A DNA stretch of 64,000 bases from Dehalococcoidia bacterium (GTDB lineage Bacteria > Chloroflexota > Dehalococcoidia > Lucifugimonadales > UBA3495). Below the pieces are notes generated by a model, which worked only from the letters and a program-made list of their open reading frames with translations, made no database searches and was not told the origin of the DNA. Both the position numbers and the translations under genes were made by a program. Below, one piece after another: positions 57,786-64,000 of this stretch (its first letter is position 1; the number at the start of each line of letters is the position of its first letter). The stretch spans positions 3,865 through 67,864 of the forward strand of contig DAOUIF010000078.1 of NCBI GenBank assembly GCA_034423575.1. The letters are read 5' to 3'.

Positions 57786-58595
57786 TTACAAACCCAACAC
57801 GGCTTCCAGACCCACGGTCAAACCGGGCCGGCGAACGACTTCACGCACGCACCGGAGCACGCCTGGCATGTAGCAGTCTCTGCCCAGCGTATCGTGCCGG
57901 ATGCTGAGGGTCTGTCCCGCGGCCCCGAAGATCACCTCGTGGTGGGCGCTGCGGCCTGGCAGCCGCAGACTGTGGATGCCGACCCCTCCCACGTCGCCGC
58001 CGCGAGTTTCCGGCAGGTGGTGGACGGTAGTCTCGTTGCGCTGGAAGTCGGCGCCGCGCGAATCTCGGACCCCCCGGGCGATGGCCAGGGAGAACCCGGA
58101 GGGCGCGTCGATCTTCATCTCATGGTGAGCTTCAACGACGTCCACATAGTCAAAAAATGCGGCCGCCTGCTCCGCCAGTTTCTTCAGCACAACCGCGCCC
58201 AGGGCAAAATTAGGGGCAACGATCACGCCGATGCCGTGCTCCCGGCTCATGGTGTCCAATGTCTGGAGTTGGTCGGCGTTGAGTCCGCTGGCGCCCAGCA
58301 CCATGTGGACGCCCCGGCTGGCGGCCAGCGGAGCCGCCTCCATGCAGGCCTCCGCATGGGTGAACTCGACCATGACCTGCGGCTGCGTGGCGTCCAGCAC
58401 GGAGGCCAGGTCGGTGGACAGCGGGACTTCGCCGGCAGGGGTGGGAAGCGCATCGCCCCGTGGGGTATGGCAGGTGGCGCCCACCAGCGTCATGTCGTCC
58501 GCCGCTGCCACGGCACGCACGGTTTCCGCTCCCATTCTGCCCGTGGCGCCGTGTACGACGACCGAGATTACGCCGTTGTTGCTTGAAACCGTCAT
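57786..58595 (-). CDS. dapB: 4-hydroxy-tetrahydrodipicolinate reductase
   Basis: VVVHGATGRMG...EAHHEMKIDAPSG pattern. Confidence 0.92.
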   Translation of the reverse strand: MTVSSNNGVISVVVHGATGRMGAETVRAVAAADDMTLVGATCHTPRGDALPTPAGEVPLSTDLASVLDATQPQVMVEFTHAEACMEAAPLAASRGVHMVLGASGLNADQLQTLDTMSREHGIGVIVAPNFALGAVVLKKLAEQAAAFFDYVDVVEAHHEMKIDAPSGFSLAIARGVRDSRGADFQRNETTVHHLPETRGGDVGGVGIHSLRLPGRSAHHEVIFGAAGQTLSIRHDTLGRDCYMPGVLRCVREVVRRPGLTVGLEAVLGL

Positions 58596-58674
58596 AGCTC
58601 TACGTTGCCTCCGATTCCAGGAGTTGGGTCAGTCAACGTGCTGCATATTCATCGGATACCAGCCCTGACTTGGC

Positions 58675-60618
58675 CTAGACTTCGGCGCCTACCGCGCAGT
58701 CGTACCGTTCGAGGCTCGAGTTGACCACGAGGTCGATATCCTCCTCAAGCAGATATCCTTCCTCGGCCAGTTTGGCTGCCGCCTGCCGGACCATGGCGGC
58801 GTAGTCCTCCCGGTTGGCGTAACGCTTTTCTAGGGACGGCCTCGGGTCGGAATTGGCGCTACGCTGAGCCTCCGTGGCCGGGAACCAATGCGTGGAGCCC
58901 TGCATTGAGATGAGTTGTTCGGGCGCGCCGGTGTCCGGATGTCGCAGATTCCAGCCGGTGTGTGTGCCCACGGGAACCGTGAGGTCGGGCAAGCGTATCC
59001 CGCCCAGATCGTTTCCGTCGGCATCCGCCGCCGGGACCATCTGAGGATACTCCCGCCCTTCCTTGACCGGATAAGCGGCGATGCCGCGCTTTGCGTTGGG
59101 CCCCACATCGATTTCGCGGATGCGCCACAGGCGGTCGAGATCCGGAAGGCTGCGTCCCGGAACATCGACCGAACCGGAAAGATACTCGACCTCGGTTGTT
59201 GCAGTCCCGTCGTGAAGCTTCGGGTGCATGCTCGGCGGCGGCTCGATCCCTTCGGAAACCCAACGATCCAGGTTGAACAACGCCGCCCGAAGCAAGGGGA
59301 TATAGTCCACGGCATTATACGGGTGCATGCCGGTGGAGCCATCCGGTCCTTGCCCGATCATCAACTCAGGCGCGCCGGGGAGATGCTGCGTGCCCGCGAA
59401 AAGGTATCGCCGGGTCTCCGGCGCCGGTTCCAGGTCCTGCAACCCGTTGCTGTCGATGTGCGTCAAGGCGGCATCGCCGCGCCAGTATTCCGCGGCGGAG
59501 TCGGTGTAGATGATCCTGGGGACGGCGTCCAGTTCGCGCAACCGCCGGAGCAGGCCGTCAGTCTGTTCGGTCAGCGGGTCGCTAAGCGTATTGTCGGCGA
59601 ACGGAAACTGGTGTCCGAAACCCGGGTTGGACTGGCATGACGGTTGGGCAAAACGATGGTTGAATTCGCCCATCCGTCCGCCGGCCACGTGCGGCAGCAA
59701 GCCGTCGAACACGGGGCGGCCATCCTGGTCAAGATTGAGGCCCAGGTAAAGCATGTGACGGAGCAGCCGGCCGCACTGCGATACGCCGTGTCCATAAACG
59801 CGCTGGTACCCGTTATGCACCGGGTTGTCTTTGGAACTGCCGCGCAGCCAGGTGGCGGCCTCGCGAATGGCGAGCATGCCGCACCCCACCACCACCGGGT
59901 TCGCGGCGGTGTAGATGCAATAATAGATTTTGCCCGGTTGGAAACCGGACTCCAGCGTGACGTGCTCCGGATCAGGGAAATGCCATTGGGCATGTGGAAT
60001 CACGGTGTCGGGGCCGTCCTCCCAATCTCGCACCAGCAGCAAGGCGTTGGCGTCGTCCTGGTCGGCCACCGGGTAAGGTTGGTGTTCCCGATTGGCCAGC
60101 AGGCGGGTTCGCTCTTCCAGGTTGGGCCGCATCTCCACGCAGGCCTGCCCGGTCACCGGCTGGCCGCCGATCCTGATCCCGGGAGCGTCCAGGCCCAGCA
60201 GCGCGTCGCTGCGGTACACGTCCCACTGCCATCCGATGGACAGCACGGAGTATCCGTGGCGGATCAGGAACCCATCGCCTTCGGGAATGGCGTCGGAGTC
60301 GATGGGCGGCGTCGGCCCGCGGTTGAAAAACGCCACGGTACGCCGGCGGCCGCGATTGACCACCTCCACTATCACGCGGCCGTTGCCCTTAGACGGGTCT
60401 GCTGGAGCCACCAGAGTGAAGTCAGACTCGAAGCGAACGCATCCGGCCTCGTCCACGGGAGCGTGTTCCAGATCGACAATGGATGCATTGGCGGCGTTGC
60501 CGGGGTCGACCGCAAAACCGAGTACGCCGTCGATGCGTTCGTAGTCGCCGGTTGCGCCGAACGGAGTACCGCCGGCGTACGGCTGGCGGCGTTTGATGTC
60601 TACAGATACGACGGGCAT
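58675..60618 (-). CDS. large conserved hypothetical protein (possibly alpha/beta-hydrolase-fold)
   Basis: 647 aa. Start set at ATG 60618, 5 nt after GGAGGAG. No catalytic motif confidently recognised. Confidence 0.6.
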   Translation of the reverse strand: MPVVSVDIKRRQPYAGGTPFGATGDYERIDGVLGFAVDPGNAANASIVDLEHAPVDEAGCVRFESDFTLVAPADPSKGNGRVIVEVVNRGRRRTVAFFNRGPTPPIDSDAIPEGDGFLIRHGYSVLSIGWQWDVYRSDALLGLDAPGIRIGGQPVTGQACVEMRPNLEERTRLLANREHQPYPVADQDDANALLLVRDWEDGPDTVIPHAQWHFPDPEHVTLESGFQPGKIYYCIYTAANPVVVGCGMLAIREAATWLRGSSKDNPVHNGYQRVYGHGVSQCGRLLRHMLYLGLNLDQDGRPVFDGLLPHVAGGRMGEFNHRFAQPSCQSNPGFGHQFPFADNTLSDPLTEQTDGLLRRLRELDAVPRIIYTDSAAEYWRGDAALTHIDSNGLQDLEPAPETRRYLFAGTQHLPGAPELMIGQGPDGSTGMHPYNAVDYIPLLRAALFNLDRWVSEGIEPPPSMHPKLHDGTATTEVEYLSGSVDVPGRSLPDLDRLWRIREIDVGPNAKRGIAAYPVKEGREYPQMVPAADADGNDLGGIRLPDLTVPVGTHTGWNLRHPDTGAPEQLISMQGSTHWFPATEAQRSANSDPRPSLEKRYANREDYAAMVRQAAAKLAEEGYLLEEDIDLVVNSSLERYDCAVGAEV

Positions 60619-60762
60619 GAGGCTCCTCCGGGACACGGATCCATTGCTGGGATGTTAGCAATGCACGGGTGGAGGGTCAAACTGGTTATAGTCCATATTC
60701 CATATAATCTCCAACCCGATGTGTAACCTACATGTAAATCAAGTGTGTCTCAACGATAAGGC

Positions 60763-60771
60763 TGATATAAT
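60763..60771 (+). promoter_or_regulatory. extended -10 (TGaTATAAT) placed for a leaderless nuoE-like transcript
   Basis: TG at 60763-60764 and TATAAT at 60766-60771, then 6 nt to the ATG at 60778. Confidence 0.45.
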
Positions 60772-60777
60772 CCCGCA

Positions 60778-61308
60778 ATGGTGGGAGGACCGGAAATTCG
60801 GCGGCGACGCCGGCGCGGCGATGAAGCCGACCCCGCCAGCGACGGAACGGCGGACGCCGAGCGCCGGGAACGCCAATCGGGCCTGCGTCGAGAACTGCGG
60901 GACCGATTCCCCGACCGCAACCGTGACAACCTTTTACCGGTCTTGCACCTGTTGCAACACAATAACGGCTACTTGCCGGAGTGGGCGTTGCAGGTTGTAG
61001 GTTGGCATTTGCGGGTGCCGGCTTCCGAGGTTTACGGGGCGGCCACTTCGTATTCGGAATTGCGCCTTGACCCGCCAAAGCCGCGCAACGTTGTGGTATG
61101 CACGGGCCTGGGCTGTTGGCAGTCGGGAGGAGAGGAGCTACTGAACGCGGCCTTGCAACACCCGTATCTCGAAGATACCGCCGGTGTGCACACCACAGCC
61201 TGCGCGTTCATGTGTGGATTGGCGCCGGCTGTTAGCATCAACGGAAGTTGGCGCGGCCGCGTGGACGCGGAGCGACTTGCCGCCCTCCTAGAGAACGGAG
61301 CGGCATGA
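60778..61308 (+). CDS. NuoE-like [2Fe-2S] thioredoxin-fold subunit (diaphorase module)
   Basis: VVCTGLGC...ACAFMCGLAP four-Cys pattern and an Arg-rich N-terminus. Confidence 0.8.
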   Translation: MVGGPEIRRRRRRGDEADPASDGTADAERRERQSGLRRELRDRFPDRNRDNLLPVLHLLQHNNGYLPEWALQVVGWHLRVPASEVYGAATSYSELRLDPPKPRNVVVCTGLGCWQSGGEELLNAALQHPYLEDTAGVHTTACAFMCGLAPAVSINGSWRGRVDAERLAALLENGAA

Positions 61309-62921
61309 CCGCACCCGATTGCCGGTCCGCCTGGCTGGCGTTGCGCGACACGGCGATGGAGCGCCGCGCGGAACAGGCGGGCGCAACGCGCGTGGTGGTC
61401 CAATGGGGCCACTGCAGCCAGGCGGTGGGCGCGGGCGATGTGCACGAACGGGTGTCCCAACTGTTTAAGGGCCGCGACGATGTGGTCGTGGTTGCGGCCG
61501 GATGCGACGGAGCATGTTTCGCGGCGACGCAGTTGACGGTGGAACTTCCCGATGGGACCATGAGATTCTTCGACAGAGTGGCGGGCGATGGGGATTTTTC
61601 GGAGATCGTCGCAGCGACAGATGGCGACGCGCTGGAACGTTTGCGCCCGCAGGCCGAGCTGGAAGCCTTTTTCTCGGCCCAGCACGTGGCGCTGATGGAG
61701 GGCATCGGAAGCGTTGACCCCATCTCGCTGAATGAGTACCTCGCCGATTCGGGCTACCTGGGGCTGGCTGGCGCCCTGGCCATGGGGCCCGATGCGGTCA
61801 TCGGTCTGACGCTTGACGCCGGCCTGCTGGGTCGCGGCGGAGCCTATTTTCCGGCGGCCCGAAAATGGCAGGCGGCACGGCGGGTCGATGCGACGCGGCG
61901 ACACCTGGTGGTCAACGCGGAGGAAGGTGAGCCCGGAGTATTTAAGGATCGGCACCTGATGGAGGGCAATCCTCACCGCATCATCGAAGGCGCCATCATC
62001 GCCGCCTATGCCACCGGAGCCGCGAACGTGGTGATCTACATCAATGCCGAGGCGGATCTTTCGGCAGAGCGCATGACGTCGGCCCTCGCGGCAGCACAGG
62101 CGGCCGGTCTGGTGGGCGACGATATATTGGGCAGCGGCTTTGGCTGCTCGGTCACGGTCCGCCGGGGCGCCGGAGGCTACGTGTGCGGCGAGGAAACAAC
62201 GCTGCTCAACACGGTGGAGGGTCGCCGGCGTGAACCCCGCTTGCGACCGCCGTTCCCCACGGATGCGGGACTTTACGGCGAGCCGACCGTCATCAACAAC
62301 GCGGAGACTCTGGCCAACCTGCCGGCTATTTTGCAGGGGGGTGTGCGCCGGTTCGCGTCGATCGGACTCAACGAGGCCCGAGGCACTCGCCTGGTGTCAT
62401 TGAGCGGCGCGGTGCGACGGCCCGGTCTGGCCGAGGTTCCCATGGGAACCTCGGTGCGCCAGGTAATCGATCTCGTTGGTGGAGGTGTTCCCGGGGGCCG
62501 GCATCTGGGGTTTGCGGTAGTGGGCGGACCGTCCAGCGGCCTGCTTCCGGCCAGCGAGTTGGACGTGCCGTTGCGACCCGGGATGCTGCACTCCAGCGGC
62601 GTGGTCATGGGAGCCGGGGGCATAACCGTGTTCGACGACCAAGCGTCTCCCGTGCAGGTGGCCGCCCGACTGAGCCGGTACAACGCCGCCGAATCTTGCG
62701 GCAAGTGCACGCCCTGCCGGGAGGGGACTCCCCGCATCGCGGAGGCATTGGACCGACTGGCCGCCGGCGAGCCCGGCGAGTCGGATCTGCGGGACCTCCA
62801 AGACCTGGCCGAAATCGTTGGCGCGGCTTCCCTGTGCGGCCTGGGGCAGATGGCGGGCAATCCCGTGACCAGTCTGATGCACTTTTACGGAGGTACCCTG
62901 CGCGGTCAAACCGGCGAGTAG
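61305..62921 (+). CDS. NuoF-like NAD(H)/FMN/[4Fe-4S] subunit with an N-terminal extension
   Basis: GRGGAYFP, GYVCGEETTLLN and ESCGKCTPCREG motifs. ATGA overlap with the upstream gene. Confidence 0.88.
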   Translation: MTAPDCRSAWLALRDTAMERRAEQAGATRVVVQWGHCSQAVGAGDVHERVSQLFKGRDDVVVVAAGCDGACFAATQLTVELPDGTMRFFDRVAGDGDFSEIVAATDGDALERLRPQAELEAFFSAQHVALMEGIGSVDPISLNEYLADSGYLGLAGALAMGPDAVIGLTLDAGLLGRGGAYFPAARKWQAARRVDATRRHLVVNAEEGEPGVFKDRHLMEGNPHRIIEGAIIAAYATGAANVVIYINAEADLSAERMTSALAAAQAAGLVGDDILGSGFGCSVTVRRGAGGYVCGEETTLLNTVEGRRREPRLRPPFPTDAGLYGEPTVINNAETLANLPAILQGGVRRFASIGLNEARGTRLVSLSGAVRRPGLAEVPMGTSVRQVIDLVGGGVPGGRHLGFAVVGGPSSGLLPASELDVPLRPGMLHSSGVVMGAGGITVFDDQASPVQVAARLSRYNAAESCGKCTPCREGTPRIAEALDRLAAGEPGESDLRDLQDLAEIVGAASLCGLGQMAGNPVTSLMHFYGGTLRGQTGE

Positions 62922-63048
62922 TCGGACCCGCGCTTCCGGTCAGCCCTGGTGGGTTCCCGTTGCCGTCGCTTCAAGCGAGCGACCGCTGACAGGGCTGATT
63001 GCCGGAAACGGCGATCCGTATTTATCCTGTAATTCAGACGATTCGACA

Positions 63049-63753
63049 ATGGGGCCCGCGGTTAACATGGCAAGCGACATATTGGTGATCGAGGACGATC
63101 CGGGTATCGCGCGGATTATCCGATTGTACCTTGAGCGCGACGGCCACACCGTGACCAACGCCGGCGACGGCATGTCCGGCCTCAACGCTGCCCGCTCCGG
63201 CAAGCCCGACCTTATCGTTCTTGACCTGATGCTGCCCAGGCTCGATGGCATGAGCGTCTGCCGAGCCCTGCGCGAGGAGTCCGACGTGCCCATCATTATG
63301 GCTACTGCCCGCGTGGATGAGCATTACCGTCTGGCTGGGCTGGATTCGGGCGCCGACGATTACATCGTGAAGCCATTCAGTCCCCGGGAACTGGCAGCCC
63401 GCGTCCGTGCGGTTCTGCGCCGTGCCGCGCGCCAATCTCCGGCCGAGCCGGCCCCGATGGAATTCGACGGCATCACCATAGATTTCAAGACGCAGACGGT
63501 GGTCCAGGGAGACGAGAAACCGTCGTTGACTCCTACCGAGTTCCGGTTGCTCGCCATGCTGGCGTCGCAGCCCGGGCGCCCGTTCTCCCGCGACCAGATC
63601 ATCGACGACGTGTTCGGCTACGACTTTGATGGATACGACAGGACGATAGACGTTCACATCGCTAACCTGCGTCGAAAGATCGAGCCGGACGTGCGCCGCC
63701 CCCGATACGTCCAAACCGTCCACGGTGTCGGGTACCGGTTTGGCAATGCGTAG
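63049..63753 (+). CDS. OmpR-family response regulator
   Basis: ILVIEDD...DLIVLDLMLPRLDG receiver domain plus a winged-helix C-terminus (...VHGVGYRFG). The start is either ATG 63049 or ATG 63067. Confidence 0.9.
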   Translation: MGPAVNMASDILVIEDDPGIARIIRLYLERDGHTVTNAGDGMSGLNAARSGKPDLIVLDLMLPRLDGMSVCRALREESDVPIIMATARVDEHYRLAGLDSGADDYIVKPFSPRELAARVRAVLRRAARQSPAEPAPMEFDGITIDFKTQTVVQGDEKPSLTPTEFRLLAMLASQPGRPFSRDQIIDDVFGYDFDGYDRTIDVHIANLRRKIEPDVRRPRYVQTVHGVGYRFGNA

Positions 63754-64000
63754 TTGGCGATTCGGACTGCGCTGGCGCCTGGCGCTGGGGTTCGCGGTCA
63801 TCCTGGCGCTGGCCCTGGGGTCGGTGGCGTTGCTCACCGGAAAGGCGGCGGAGCGGGAAGTAAACCGGGTCCAGACCGAACAGGATCGGGTGCGGGCCGG
63901 CCGGGTGGTGGTTGCGCTGGCGGAATACCACGAGACCAACGACGATTGGGACGGTGTGCAGGAATTCGTACGCCGCACGAGCTTCCAAACCGAACGCGAC
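63746..64000 (+). CDS. probable sensor histidine kinase, N-terminal fragment (runs off the window)
   Basis: ATG 63746 overlaps the regulator's stop by 8 nt. Open frame to the window end with an N-terminal TM helix LALGFAVILALALGSVALL. Function is inferred from position only. Confidence 0.5.
   Translation, partial: MRSWRFGLRWRLALGFAVILALALGSVALLTGKAAEREVNRVQTEQDRVRAGRVVVALAEYHETNDDWDGVQEFVRRTSFQTERD

Noticed and set aside
63034-63988. Minus-strand ORFs 63034..63978 and 63662..63988
   Set aside because: They are antisense to the response regulator and sensor kinase genes, with no motifs.

Overview
This is a high-G+C bacterial chromosomal segment with about 60 protein genes and no rRNA, tRNA or CRISPR array that I could find. 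The gene content includes a caa3-type haem-copper oxidase operon with ctaA/ctaB, a TIGR03663-like GT-C glycosyltransferase, flippase-like and FAD-oxidoreductase cluster, many LLM monooxygenase, CoA-transferase, amidase and thiolase-DUF35 genes, and several leaderless-type promoters. This fits an aerobic Chloroflexota-like organism, but that call is inference only. Most of the window is housekeeping: pyk, trxB, gyrA, trpS, cmk, plsC, dapA-asd-dapB, comEA/comEC, and a nuoE/F-like pair with a two-component system at the right edge.

The clear accessory element is a ~2.9-kb IS1595-family transposon (24961-27834). It has 33-bp imperfect terminal inverted repeats and an 8-bp direct repeat, and it carries a DNA methyltransferase-HNH fusion (frameshifted at a G7 run) and a 67-aa orphan ORF. 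It has split the 5' end of a thiolase gene, and the uninterrupted gene can be rebuilt in silico.

The most unusual chromosomal gene is a 772-aa fusion of a degenerate HD-like, a chorismate-mutase-like and a TrpRS-like (KMSKS-less) module, directly upstream of the canonical trpS. Other points:
- a glutamine-amidotransferase-like pseudoenzyme translationally coupled to gyrA
- a ~70-bp palindromic intergenic repeat present twice
- cytochrome c domains fused to both oxidase subunits II and IV
- a DUF433/PIN-like toxin-antitoxin pair
- a compositionally atypical NYN-domain gene

Three genes show frame breaks. These may be real decay or assembly error, and raw reads are needed to decide. All functional calls are motif and pattern recognition by eye; no database search was run.
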